Below are positions 27,906 to 38,438 of a DNA stretch of 64,000 nucleotides, piece after piece; the stretch's first letter is position 1, and every line of letters begins with the position of its first letter. Position numbers and translations under genes: made by a program. The notes beneath the pieces are model-generated. The model searched no databases and had not been told where the DNA came from. It saw only the letters and a list, made by a program, of their open reading frames with translations. The stretch is from a virus. The DNA lies in the IMG/VR virus record IMGVR_UViG_3300025012_000042, positions 48,821 through 112,820 of that record, one strand, 5' to 3'.

Positions 27906-28228
27906 TAAAATTAATTTTGGACATAATAATAGAGAGGAAATTTATTCTCATAAATTCCTCTCAAAACAATCTCAACCATACCTTTAAAATTAGCATTTTA
28001 AATTAATTACACCCAATGTGACCTTAGTGAACTAACTCTTAAAAAATGTAAATTCCAACCTCTAAAAAACCCAATCATATCAACACTTTCAGGCCGCACA
28101 ATAATCTAATATCCACAGAAAGGACTCTCTAAGCTGTTCAAATTGATGCTATGTAAGTATATATGGTAGAGACTTTTCTAAACGCTTAGAGAGCGATTAT
28201 ATTTGTGATATTATTAATTATAATTTAA

Positions 28229-28414
28229 TTAAAATTTATCTCCATCACTAGGATTATTAAGAATCCCAAATCCAGTTAAAGCTACAAGAATTAAATTAAC
28301 CAATTCATCAGCTTGAGGAATTTCATATCCAATATAAGTCTTACTAACAAACGTTACAAGTGAAGCAACTGAGAGCCACAATCCCCATGATTTGAATCTG
28401 TTTTGATTTTGCAT
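28229..28414 (-). CDS. holin
   Basis: NRFKSWGLW...GILNNP; two TM segments; next to the endolysin. Confidence 0.8.
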   Translation of the reverse strand: MQNQNRFKSWGLWLSVASLVTFVSKTYIGYEIPQADELVNLILVALTGFGILNNPSDGDKF

Positions 28415-28436
28415 TATTATTTCCTTCTTTCTTTTA

Positions 28437-28913
28437 TTATTTTATTGAAATGCCATACTTCACAGCCACAACTGAAGTTATTAGTAAACTTACAATCCCT
28501 ATAATTTTCAATGCCATGCTCAAATTATTATGTAATTTTATCTTTTTTATTTCAGTATTGCTAATTATTTCTTGTTTTTTTATTTCAGTATTACCTGTTG
28601 AATTACCTATAGCTATTTGACTTATTGTATTAATTAAGAGATTAGAAGTTTGTAGATTTTGCAATGTTGTATTTTCTACTCTAGCAAGAGTATTGTCCAG
28701 AGAATTAAATCTGGTCTCGTAGGAGATGTCCTTTAACTCAAGTTCATGGAGTTTTTCACTATGATTAATAATTTTATCAGAAAGTCCATGAATTTTTTCT
28801 TCGTGTTGAGTTGTTTTTGTTTGTAAATCTATAATTTTTCCTGAATGACTCTCAAGGACTTCTTTTATTTCATTTTCATCCACTTCCAACACCTCCATAA
28901 TTATATTTTCCAT
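28437..28913 (-). CDS. XhlA-like coiled-coil membrane protein of the lysis cassette (start revised)
   Basis: Coiled coil plus C-terminal TM between amidase and holin; RBS AAAGGGG. Confidence 0.55.
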   Translation of the reverse strand: MENIIMEVLEVDENEIKEVLESHSGKIIDLQTKTTQHEEKIHGLSDKIINHSEKLHELELKDISYETRFNSLDNTLARVENTTLQNLQTSNLLINTISQIAIGNSTGNTEIKKQEIISNTEIKKIKLHNNLSMALKIIGIVSLLITSVVAVKYGISIK

Positions 28914-28920
28914 TTGACAT

Positions 28921-29033
28921 TTGCCCCTTTCTGATGTATTATTAATCAAGGTTGCATCTCTAGTACAGATGTACTCCTAGACAAGCTACAGAAATTGGGC
29001 AATTTTTCTGTACTTGTCGCTACATATGACAAC
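28921..29033 (-). ncRNA. structured leader L2 before the lysis membrane genes
   Basis: P1 GUUGUCAU/AUGCAAC; long hairpin with loop UUGCCC (28997-29002) complementary to GGGCAA in the RBS (28921-28926); small GUAC hairpin. Confidence 0.5.
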
Positions 29034-29118
29034 TGAAAATAAATAATATTTATAAAGAATTAATAAATTAGATCAGAAGAGATGTAAAAATAAATTTACA
29101 CCTCTAATTTGAGTTTGT

Positions 29119-29964
29119 TTATTTTCCTTGCAAATACTGATGAACTTTGTTTGCCGTATCGTATTTATCATTTCCACTCAGAAGCAACTCGTTTTTATGT
29201 CCAGTTTTTGAACCACCTACTACAATCAGTTTCTTACTATTCATAGCACCTTTGGGAACACTTTTATCAGCAGGTCTAATAAAAATAGCACAATTGCCAT
29301 TCTTTTCTGCTACATCAGTTCCACTCCAATAATCCTCTTTTGAATATAAAAGTACACAAACATCTAACATGTCATTCACTCCTTGATTATTATTTGTTGA
29401 TTGAATAGTCTTTTCTGTCACATATTCCAAACCAAGATATTGTTGTATGCCTTTTACAATAGAAATTGCACATTTTCTCTGAAATTCAGGACTTGCCAAC
29501 AATTTTTCTTCTGTAGGATTACTTATGAATGGTAATTCTACTAAACAACTAGGACATTTGGTGTATTTATTTACATATAAATCAGTAACCTTAATCCCTC
29601 TATTTGTTAGTCCTGTATCTGAAATTAAATTTGATTGAATTGCTTTTGCTAATTTTTCTGCATCTGCCCCCAAAGCAGACACATGGGTTTCGATTCCATG
29701 AGCAGTTTTATCAGAATGGCTATTATTGTGTATAGATACAAACCATTCTGAATTAAAATTATCTGATGAATCAACAACTGCCCATAAATCGCCATTCTGA
29801 ATAGCATTAATATTATGACCTAATCTTTGTAATTCTGAGACAACAATTGTTCCTACTGCTTTTACAACATCTGATTCTTTAAGTCCTGATGCTCCTATTG
29901 CCCCTGGATCAAATGTACCATTAGATTTTTTACCATGACCAAAATTTATAGTTCCTCTTGACAT
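29119..29964 (-). CDS. N-acetylmuramoyl-L-alanine amidase endolysin (Amidase_3) with CWB2-like C-terminus
   Basis: GHG..DPGA..E, FVSIHNN, LVELPFISN; LIVVGG...LSGNDKYDTA. Confidence 0.9.
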   Translation of the reverse strand: MSRGTINFGHGKKSNGTFDPGAIGASGLKESDVVKAVGTIVVSELQRLGHNINAIQNGDLWAVVDSSDNFNSEWFVSIHNNSHSDKTAHGIETHVSALGADAEKLAKAIQSNLISDTGLTNRGIKVTDLYVNKYTKCPSCLVELPFISNPTEEKLLASPEFQRKCAISIVKGIQQYLGLEYVTEKTIQSTNNNQGVNDMLDVCVLLYSKEDYWSGTDVAEKNGNCAIFIRPADKSVPKGAMNSKKLIVVGGSKTGHKNELLLSGNDKYDTANKVHQYLQGK

Positions 29965-30041
29965 TGTTTCATTTCACCTTTCTTTACAATATGAAATAAA
30001 GTCACATTTAAGCGACAATTATTTTATATTTAATTAATTAT

Positions 30042-30518
30042 TTAATAACTTCCAACAAATTTTAGCCTCTCTGAGTTAATTACCTCTTTTGGCGAAGGAT
30101 ATCTTTTCTTTACTAATCTCATTCCATTTGCTTCAGAATATGAATCATTAACCAACTCACTGCAAACATCACTATTTCTATCCCTGATTCTAAATCTAAA
30201 TTTAAATATTTGTCTCAAAAACATAAAAATTAATAAACCATAATCGTACTTATCTCCAACTTTTGATATAGCATAATCACAGATTTGTTGACGTTGAATA
30301 TCTGTTAAATCACAGGTATAGATATCTAAATAATTTTTATATTTGTCTATATTACAATATTGAATACCATTCCAGTCTGCTTCTACAAACACTGAATTAC
30401 CAATATAAAGACATAAATGAGAATAATTAGAATTTGTTAATTTCTTAACTATTTTTGATATTGGATTTTTACCTTTATATGCTAATATATCTCCTTTTTT
30501 TATATCATTAATGTCCAT
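30042..30518 (-). CDS. permuted papain-like NlpC/P60 (YiiX/YebB-like) protein
   Basis: GDIL, YSH, KYDY, CSELV. Confidence 0.8.
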   Translation of the reverse strand: MDINDIKKGDILAYKGKNPISKIVKKLTNSNYSHLCLYIGNSVFVEADWNGIQYCNIDKYKNYLDIYTCDLTDIQRQQICDYAISKVGDKYDYGLLIFMFLRQIFKFRFRIRDRNSDVCSELVNDSYSEANGMRLVKKRYPSPKEVINSERLKFVGSY

Positions 30519-30520
30519 AA

Positions 30521-30877
30521 TTATAACCCATTCATTTTTGCTAAATATAATTGTCTCAAGTCATTGTTTAACTTCTTCAATTCAATAATTCCTCCGACTT
30601 TCCAATATTCATAAGGAGACTCTATTAAATTCAAGTCAATACTAGACTGTTCTAAAATCGTACTCAATATATTTAATTTAGTTTGTAATTGAGGTGTAAT
30701 AGATTCTGGGGGAAGAATTGCTACAACATCTTTTAGAATTAATGAAATGATATCTGTATAATACTCTAAAAAACTTATATTTTTACTTAATGCGCCTGAT
30801 CTTTTAATTAAATCATTCTCTACTATTGACCATAAATCAGTATTATTTTCACTCATCAGCACAACCCTCCTAAACAA
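30521..30877 (-). CDS. hypothetical tail-region protein
   Basis: ORF in the late operon. Confidence 0.6.
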   Translation of the reverse strand: MFRRVVLMSENNTDLWSIVENDLIKRSGALSKNISFLEYYTDIISLILKDVVAILPPESITPQLQTKLNILSTILEQSSIDLNLIESPYEYWKVGGIIELKKLNNDLRQLYLAKMNGL

Positions 30878-31713
30878 TAGAGTTCTAAGTTTTTATTAGT
30901 AGGATTTGATACACTGATTGTTATTTTGTCTGTTTGGGTTGGAAGTTTGACTCTATTATTTTCGACTAAAGTATCATTAACTTTAAAAACTAAACCATCA
31001 TGTGATTCTGTATATAATTCTATGATAGTTGTAAATTTAGGAAGTTGGATTATTGGAGTAGCGACACTTCCGTTAGGCATAATTGAAATGAATCCATCAC
31101 CAATGCTACAATTAGATAGAATTAAATCGTTGCCCAAAAAATCTTCATCCATATATACGATGCTTGTTAATGAATTATTATTTATTGATTGTTTCTTTGC
31201 TTCTAGGATTTCATAATAATCAAAATTCATATATCCATTTTCTAATGTATAAGTTTTACCAACCATCTGATCAATCATCACAGGTTCTAATTTTACAATA
31301 GTCTTAGGAACATTAGCTACATTTGTTATTTCTTGATATACAGGAATTTGAACTTCTTCTTGAACAATGCTCCCATCCTCTTGAATCACATCTTGTAATT
31401 CTGTAATATATTCATCTGACGCTATGCGATATGTTACAGTTTGTTCATCCCATTCTATTACTTTTTCTGATTCAATGGTTTCATCAAATACTTCAACTTT
31501 ATTGCCGAATTCATCAGTAGTGATTTGGATATTATCTTTGTATAAATACTGGTTATTTTCATTGACTTTCTGGATTTTTTCATTTGTTGGTTCTGATATT
31601 GTTTTGTTGAGATTGATGGAGAATGGAAGAAGGACTGAATATTCGAAATTTAATTTTTCTCTGTCGATTCCTGTAATTTTGTTGGATGAGCGATTTAATA
31701 ATATTGTTTTCAT
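30856..31713 (-). CDS. hypothetical tail-region protein
   Basis: RBS AAGGAGG; late operon position. Confidence 0.65.
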   Translation of the reverse strand: MKTILLNRSSNKITGIDREKLNFEYSVLLPFSINLNKTISEPTNEKIQKVNENNQYLYKDNIQITTDEFGNKVEVFDETIESEKVIEWDEQTVTYRIASDEYITELQDVIQEDGSIVQEEVQIPVYQEITNVANVPKTIVKLEPVMIDQMVGKTYTLENGYMNFDYYEILEAKKQSINNNSLTSIVYMDEDFLGNDLILSNCSIGDGFISIMPNGSVATPIIQLPKFTTIIELYTESHDGLVFKVNDTLVENNRVKLPTQTDKITISVSNPTNKNLELYCLGGLC

Positions 31714-31751
31714 TAAGATTTGTTGCCTCCTTTATATTTAGTTTAGTTTTG

Positions 31752-32780
31752 TTATTTACTTGTTAATGTGGGCAATAAAATAGAACTATCGGTTTGGATT
31801 GATAGTTCTAAATTATGTAGTATTTCTTGAATTTTAGTATCGACTAATTTTTTAAATTCTTTTACCTTATTTGTTTTATACGGTATTCTAGTTATTTTTA
31901 TACCATTATCCTCACAATACTTATTTTTAATATTATCCTTTCTAATTCTATCTAAATACCCTTCTTTTCCACCAAAATAATCAATAATTTTCCCGTGTTG
32001 CTCTCCATCTATTTCTACAACTTCATTTAATTCAGGTATGTAAAAATCGAATTTTAACAATGCTTTATCTTTACATTCCTTAAACTTCTTTTCGGATTTA
32101 TACAATATACCATTTAAAATCAACGCATTTTCAAATATTTTGTTTCCATTTGATTTAGAAAAATAAGGGTGTCCACTTCCTCCATTAATAAAACAATCAG
32201 CAGTTTGAGTAAATGTTGAGTTTATATTAACTGGCAAGTTACCTTTATAAATCCATTGATAATCTGATTTAAGTTTATCGTATTCTGTGCTTATTATCTC
32301 ATAATCTGGTCTGAATAATTTGCAAAATAACCGTATGTTATCCAATGCAAATTTATTATATTGAAAAGGAGAAGGACAAGAATTTTTTCTTTTAATATTT
32401 GAGATAGATACTTGAACCTTAAATCCATATTTATCATGACACCATATAGATTTGTCAACATTTTTCCAATCATCTATATTTATCATTTTATATCCTCGTT
32501 CATCCAAAAAAGAATACGCTAATTCATTTGTCCAATTAGTTAGTCCATTTTTATCGCAATAACATTGTTTACATAGAAATCCTTTTTTAAAACTATTCCA
32601 TAACACCCAAGATTCCTTATGATTGTTGTTTGGACATTTTATTAGTGCCCATAATTCTTTTTGATATGATTTTTGTATCCATTTAATATCTAATACTTTA
32701 TATTCCATGCATTCAGACTTACTTTCGCAAAATGTATTCATTGAATCTACATTCCATTTCTTTTTACCCATTATTCTCAT
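31752..32780 (-). CDS. Zn-ribbon PD-(D/E)XK-type putative homing endonuclease (start probably 32771)
   Basis: LKFDFYIP...VEIDGEQH...D..KNKYC. Confidence 0.7.
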   Translation of the reverse strand: MRIMGKKKWNVDSMNTFCESKSECMEYKVLDIKWIQKSYQKELWALIKCPNNNHKESWVLWNSFKKGFLCKQCYCDKNGLTNWTNELAYSFLDERGYKMINIDDWKNVDKSIWCHDKYGFKVQVSISNIKRKNSCPSPFQYNKFALDNIRLFCKLFRPDYEIISTEYDKLKSDYQWIYKGNLPVNINSTFTQTADCFINGGSGHPYFSKSNGNKIFENALILNGILYKSEKKFKECKDKALLKFDFYIPELNEVVEIDGEQHGKIIDYFGGKEGYLDRIRKDNIKNKYCEDNGIKITRIPYKTNKVKEFKKLVDTKIQEILHNLELSIQTDSSILLPTLTSK

Positions 32781-32786
32781 TCCTTT

Positions 32787-32881
32787 CTGACAAAAGTTTT
32801 AGGAAATGGGAAAAGAGCCAATGTGTCAGCACAGCTCTTTTAATTACCTTTGTAATGCTTCGAATCACTACAAAGAACCAT
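32787..32881 (-). ncRNA. structured leader L3
   Basis: Same layout and shared sequence with L1; CUGACA (32824-32829) complementary to UGUCAG (32787-32792) abutting the AAAGGA RBS. Confidence 0.55.
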
Positions 32882-32897
32882 ATTTAATTATAGATTA

Positions 32898-35800
32898 TTA
32901 AGTAGTAATTAATTTATTAGTTGCTTTATCTACAAAACCTTGTATTGTCAATCCATTTGTTTTAAATGTGGTTGGCGTAATAACTCCTGAACGAACTAAG
33001 CCATTATCCATCTTAATCAAAGGATTTCCAGTTAAACTGACTAAAAATATTTGCCCTGTATTATCGGTATTTAACACACCGTTTGTTACAAGTTTACTAA
33101 AGACAAGTAAATAAAGTTGAGAATTATACATGACAAGCCATCTACCAATTCCTACCATTGGTTTTGATATAGCAGTTAATCCATACTGTTTGGTGTAATT
33201 ATTTGTAAATCCACCAGTGTTCAAATTAACCAATGCACCTGTATTTAGGTTGATACTCTCTTCGGCGAATCCTAATTGAGATATTCCGAATTCACCATAA
33301 AGAGAAGTAGAATCTTGACCAATTTTATATGTCAAACCAGACCAAGGATGATTACCAAATTTCCCACCTACAGACGAAGAAATATCACAAATTACCCAAT
33401 TTGAAAGTTCCCTAACAATTGTTACGTCTGTACTTGAAGTAATAGGTGAAGGACTAGGCACATACTCACTATATGTTGTTAGGTTATACTCGTTACTCCA
33501 ATTAAATAAAGTCTGCATTTCCTTTGTTTGTTTATTGATAACCATTACATTCGCAAGTCCAGAATCTCTTCTCAAACTTTTAGGAATCAAAATATCATAT
33601 CCACTAGGATACATACCTGAAGCCAAACTTAAATCCAAACTACAATAATCAACAAAAATTGTACTTGCAGTTTCATCACTTGCAGCAGAGTGTATTAAGA
33701 AATGAACCCAACCAGAACTATCTATCATATTTGCAATAGAAACAGATGCACTGCCACCACTAATTTTTGTTACAGCACTAGTTGTATTTACAGAACCAAT
33801 AGTAGTAAATGTTAGGGCAACACTATTCCATACTGCAAATGTAGCACTATTTCCTCCACTTGCTAATGAACCATATGTCCATACATTTCCAACAATAGTT
33901 CCTAGATTGGATTTCAAATATGCAACTTTGTCTATGGCACTTATAGAACCATATTTTTGCTCGAACTCAGATATGGCATTGTAAGAAATAATATATCCTG
34001 CACCTTTACCACTTGTTGAAGTCGCATATGAAGATAATGTGGCATCAAGTTTGGATAACCCACTATAATTATAAGCACCACTTGTTGATTCAATTTCTGT
34101 TCCAGTTCCAGGAACAAATTCTGTATTACGACTTGCAATTGTGCCTTCTTTATACCTGATTATATTTGGATTGGAAGCAACATCGCCTTTTAATTTTGAA
34201 GCGAAGTCATCAGAAAGGACAATACTTGATGAAGTACCTATAGAATTTTCCGAGCAAATCACGATTTTATCGGAGAATTTGATGTCTAATGATGCGTAAT
34301 CTACGTTGATGACGGATGGGGTTATTCCGTCCGATGCGTCTGCGTAGGCAATAGCGTAAATCGTACCAGTGGGCGAAATGTAACTAGGAGAAATAGTAAG
34401 AGTTGTAAGAGTTGGCGTACTTTGAGTATTGGTCACTGCTGTAGCAAAAGCAGCACTCGTATAATAACTAACACTTGCTTTATTACCTGTTGGACTTGAA
34501 CCATGACAGTAAACTTTACAAGTCATGGTACTAATATTATTTTTCATCCACGTTGCTTTTTCAGCAGTGGTTTTAGCAGGAATTTTACATCCTAATTTCC
34601 GTTCAACAATTTTAATCACATCTAGTATAAGAGGAACTTGTGCTCTCTTTCCGTTTTCAGAAGTTGTGACAGTATAACTTATTCCATCCTGTGTTTTGAT
34701 TTTATCAATATCCGTCTGCGAAGATACTTCAATTATAGTCGTATTTGCAGGAACACTCAAAGGACTTGAACTATCGAACCATGCCGCAAAGATAACGTTA
34801 CATTGGCCTTGAGTTGGTTCGTTTCCTGCACCGAATGTAGCGGTTAGATTTATAACAATAATATTGTCAACATAATAAGTTGACCAAGCAGAAGCTCTAG
34901 AATCTCCAATCTCCAATAAGGTACTCGTGGTCGTAGCTGTGATAATTGATGATACTTTTTGCAGGGTAGGGGAATAGGCATAGGCATCTGTTCCTTGTCC
35001 AAACTTTAAATATATTTTTGAAGATACATCAGTCTCAATATCCGCTGAGACATAATATTTATTACCTGTAATAGTTGTTTTTAGTTGTGATATAGAGGCG
35101 AACTGTGCTGTTGCTAATTTGCTCGCTCTACCATCCACTATAGCTGTAATATTACTCCATCCAGTAGTCCCATTAGTGAAATCGCCATTCGTTACAATAT
35201 TTGTTGCCGTTCCATCAGGATATGGAAACTCTAATATATTACTTTCACAGTCATATAGCTTATTCGGATTCTCCCAAGTCCTACCGCTAACCTTACTAGC
35301 AAAATCACTCGTAATTGTCTGATTTGCATAAGGTAATCTAAACCCTGCTTCACCCATCAGAGTAGTTGTGGTAGGTACACTCAATGCAGGTTGACCTGCT
35401 GACATAATCATTGAGTAATCAATCTGTAAATCTTGATTTGTTAAACTAGCATTAGTTCCTAGTTTAAACGTAGCAACATTTCCAAACATTCCAGTCCAAG
35501 GAGTAACTGCATCGCCTACCACTTCTGTTTTAGTTGTTCCATTCATGTAATAAACTTTTGGAACTGAACTAGTAGCAGTTGCCTCCATAGCAACAACTTG
35601 ATATTTACTTAAAGCTATTCCAATTGTTTCAGTGAAAGTTAATTTCTTATTTGTAGCATCTACTCCACCAGTATTAATTATTTTAGTAGCTAAGACTGTT
35701 CCTAAAACTCTATCAACAAGTTTTACAGTATCTCCATCTGAATATAAAGTTGTATCAACAATATCAAAATATGCTGATGTGTCTGTGGATAAAGCGTCTT

Positions 35801-38426
35801 TTACTAATGTAGATTTAGCAGTATCAGTATCAAAAACACCAGAAATTAATTCCCCTGCCATACCAGTAATTGTGACAGTATCTCCTGCACTCCATGTCGA
35901 AGGAGTACCAATTACTACGCGATTCACACCACGACTATTGCCAGTATTTGTCGCTTTAACAATAGAATTGACGGTTTGTGTCATTTGTGCTTCCGATGAA
36001 ATGCGTCTTTGGTCGGTGTATGCTGGCATGATGATTGCATCACCTGAGATGAAGTCGGGAGGGATATTAGGGAAAATGGAGCCACGGTCAATGTTGGAGA
36101 TTGAGATGTCTGATAAAATTGAATTATTATATTCAGCAACACTATCCCTAGGTCTATTTATACTCACAACGGCATTGGAGATATCTACTACAGCAGTTAA
36201 TGTTGAAGTTGAAGTATAAAATTTACTATTTTTATAGACGTCTGCAGATGTTCCAGTTCTAACAAAACGTAAATGTAGGGGAAATTCACTATTTGAAACG
36301 GAAATAGAAAGACCTGTTGTGCTACTGGGACCACAAAGTTTTAACGAACCTGCTGTAGTTCTTGTTTCAAGGGTACATATCCCATCTACGTTTAATATAT
36401 CATTGAAAGTATCCCATCGTAGCCCTGCATAATCTTTAATCCATAGATCAATAGTGTAAGTTTTATTTGCAGATATCTGCAGTGTAGTGTTATATCTTAG
36501 TCTTCCATTATAACCTGAACCTGTAACCGTTGGAGCAAATACTCCCGCCGTTGTTTCAGCAGGACTCCCACCAACCTCCGCAACAGTCGTCCCATCCAAA
36601 CTAGCATAAAACACAGTGTTAGCATCAACCTCTGTCTTAGGTATACCATGATGCACAGTCAGCATTTTCTTCAGCGAAAGTTCTCCACGCTTGAACTGAT
36701 CATCTGCTTTTTTGAGGAGGTAGTCATAATTATATTGGGATTTTGTTTCGTGGCGAAGGTCTGTGATGTCGCGTGAGTCGATTACGTTGGAGTAGAGGGA
36801 TTGTGGATGGTCTGAGAGTAAGCATAACGAGTAAGAAGCAAATACATTCCAAACATTAGGTGCGGTAATAGCCTCTATTGTCATTAAGTTAGCACTATCA
36901 ATACTTATAATTTTTGCGATATATATTATACTTGCATCATTGTTTCTATATACAATATCACCCACTTTAAACAATGAAGTGTTTGATATTTGAACTTGAT
37001 TGCGAACCCCGATAGCGGTAAACGCAAAAGATGAAGCAGTTACAGATGATTGAACATAACCCCTCGCCCCATTCGGATTACTCGGACTGAAACCCGATGA
37101 ATTCCGTCTTTGATTGGCGCAGATTCCAACTCCGTACACGTACCCGTCGAATGTCAAAAGTGCATTCTTAGCAGTTGTTGAACCGTCCCCAGATTTAAAA
37201 ATTCCTTTGTCCACTGAATCTAAAGCAAAAGTATAAGTTGTATTAGCTGAATTTCCTCCCCATGCTTTTACATTTACAGTGTCATTTACACCTTCAGGAT
37301 AAGTTGTGATATTTACACCTGATTGTGTTCTGAATCTATAGCTTAAGGTATAACCATTTCCATTTTGAGGAAACCAAAATTCAAGGAATACTAAGTCTGT
37401 TCTCTTGCTTGTGGTTGGAGGTGCATCAAATGTCACGACAGTTTGTGGTACTGAAACTTCATATCCATTAATCGAATAAGTATCAGCAGGGACAGTAATT
37501 GAATTTAAATTAGTTGTTGAACCAGTGACAAATGGAAGAGGTCTTAAGCAACCTGAATGTCTTTGATTACGAATTATATCTGCTTTTGCTTTGTCGATAT
37601 CATTAAGGGACGCAGTATTAGGAACACCACTAAGATTAAATTGATACCATAAAACCCAAGCAGTTCCATTCCATCTCCAATGACCATTTTTTGTAGTATC
37701 TGAATCAGAAGTTACATGCCAACTATCACCTAATACATTACCAGATGAAGGAAGCAAAGCATAGGTTGTTTTAATTCCTTTGGGATTGGTATATGTATTA
37801 TTATTTATTGTTGTAACCGTATTATTAGCTAAAGTCGTTGCATTTTGTGCATTTATAATAGCCGTTGTGGTGTTATTTGTTGCAGTTATTGCACCTTGCC
37901 TAGCAACCTCAGTTTCAGCAATTTTATTTGTTGCTTCTGCTATTTTGTTGTTTACATCTGAATTCCATTGAGTTGAATCATCATTATATTGAGCTTGTAT
38001 GTCTAATAATTTAGCATCAATTACTGTGATTTGATTAGAACTTAAAATTCCTTCACCATTATCAATTGAAGCTGTAACAGTAAAATTAAATTGTGCTGTG
38101 CTTAATTTCTTACCTGACACATCTGAAAAACTAATTTCTGCCTTTACTATTCCCACTGCTGCCAAAGTTTGAGATTTTAATATACATTCTATTTTACCAT
38201 TTGTGGCATCAAGCGTGGAAACTCCTGAAGAAACATCTTGTAAAACTAACGTTTGGTCAGATTTTAAAAATGCAAATGTGACAACTTGATCAGTCAGATT
38301 TACTGGTACTCCTTGATTACAAATCATAAATTCTAATACTGATGTATCTATATCATTCTGAACAAATTTTATATTTGTAAATGAACTTTGCTTAAAATCT
38401 AATATCAGGGAATATCTATTTTCCAT
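32898..38426 (-). CDS. BppU-like baseplate / tail fibre receptor-binding protein
   Basis: N-terminal FVQND...V.LTD...AEI BppU-like domain; coiled coil; LamG- and CBM-like beta-rich modules. Confidence 0.8.
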   Translation of the reverse strand: MENRYSLILDFKQSSFTNIKFVQNDIDTSVLEFMICNQGVPVNLTDQVVTFAFLKSDQTLVLQDVSSGVSTLDATNGKIECILKSQTLAAVGIVKAEISFSDVSGKKLSTAQFNFTVTASIDNGEGILSSNQITVIDAKLLDIQAQYNDDSTQWNSDVNNKIAEATNKIAETEVARQGAITATNNTTTAIINAQNATTLANNTVTTINNNTYTNPKGIKTTYALLPSSGNVLGDSWHVTSDSDTTKNGHWRWNGTAWVLWYQFNLSGVPNTASLNDIDKAKADIIRNQRHSGCLRPLPFVTGSTTNLNSITVPADTYSINGYEVSVPQTVVTFDAPPTTSKRTDLVFLEFWFPQNGNGYTLSYRFRTQSGVNITTYPEGVNDTVNVKAWGGNSANTTYTFALDSVDKGIFKSGDGSTTAKNALLTFDGYVYGVGICANQRRNSSGFSPSNPNGARGYVQSSVTASSFAFTAIGVRNQVQISNTSLFKVGDIVYRNNDASIIYIAKIISIDSANLMTIEAITAPNVWNVFASYSLCLLSDHPQSLYSNVIDSRDITDLRHETKSQYNYDYLLKKADDQFKRGELSLKKMLTVHHGIPKTEVDANTVFYASLDGTTVAEVGGSPAETTAGVFAPTVTGSGYNGRLRYNTTLQISANKTYTIDLWIKDYAGLRWDTFNDILNVDGICTLETRTTAGSLKLCGPSSTTGLSISVSNSEFPLHLRFVRTGTSADVYKNSKFYTSTSTLTAVVDISNAVVSINRPRDSVAEYNNSILSDISISNIDRGSIFPNIPPDFISGDAIIMPAYTDQRRISSEAQMTQTVNSIVKATNTGNSRGVNRVVIGTPSTWSAGDTVTITGMAGELISGVFDTDTAKSTLVKDALSTDTSAYFDIVDTTLYSDGDTVKLVDRVLGTVLATKIINTGGVDATNKKLTFTETIGIALSKYQVVAMEATATSSVPKVYYMNGTTKTEVVGDAVTPWTGMFGNVATFKLGTNASLTNQDLQIDYSMIMSAGQPALSVPTTTTLMGEAGFRLPYANQTITSDFASKVSGRTWENPNKLYDCESNILEFPYPDGTATNIVTNGDFTNGTTGWSNITAIVDGRASKLATAQFASISQLKTTITGNKYYVSADIETDVSSKIYLKFGQGTDAYAYSPTLQKVSSIITATTTSTLLEIGDSRASAWSTYYVDNIIVINLTATFGAGNEPTQGQCNVIFAAWFDSSSPLSVPANTTIIEVSSQTDIDKIKTQDGISYTVTTSENGKRAQVPLILDVIKIVERKLGCKIPAKTTAEKATWMKNNISTMTCKVYCHGSSPTGNKASVSYYTSAAFATAVTNTQSTPTLTTLTISPSYISPTGTIYAIAYADASDGITPSVINVDYASLDIKFSDKIVICSENSIGTSSSIVLSDDFASKLKGDVASNPNIIRYKEGTIASRNTEFVPGTGTEIESTSGAYNYSGLSKLDATLSSYATSTSGKGAGYIISYNAISEFEQKYGSISAIDKVAYLKSNLGTIVGNVWTYGSLASGGNSATFAVWNSVALTFTTIGSVNTTSAVTKISGGSASVSIANMIDSSGWVHFLIHSAASDETASTIFVDYCSLDLSLASGMYPSGYDILIPKSLRRDSGLANVMVINKQTKEMQTLFNWSNEYNLTTYSEYVPSPSPITSSTDVTIVRELSNWVICDISSSVGGKFGNHPWSGLTYKIGQDSTSLYGEFGISQLGFAEESINLNTGALVNLNTGGFTNNYTKQYGLTAISKPMVGIGRWLVMYNSQLYLLVFSKLVTNGVLNTDNTGQIFLVSLTGNPLIKMDNGLVRSGVITPTTFKTNGLTIQGFVDKATNKLITT

Positions 38427-38438
38427 AATAATCCTCCT

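Noticed and set aside
21240-32880. tRNA genes, suggested by TTCGAA loops at about 21246 and 32859
   Set aside because: No D-arm, anticodon arm or acceptor geometry; the loops belong to the leader structures
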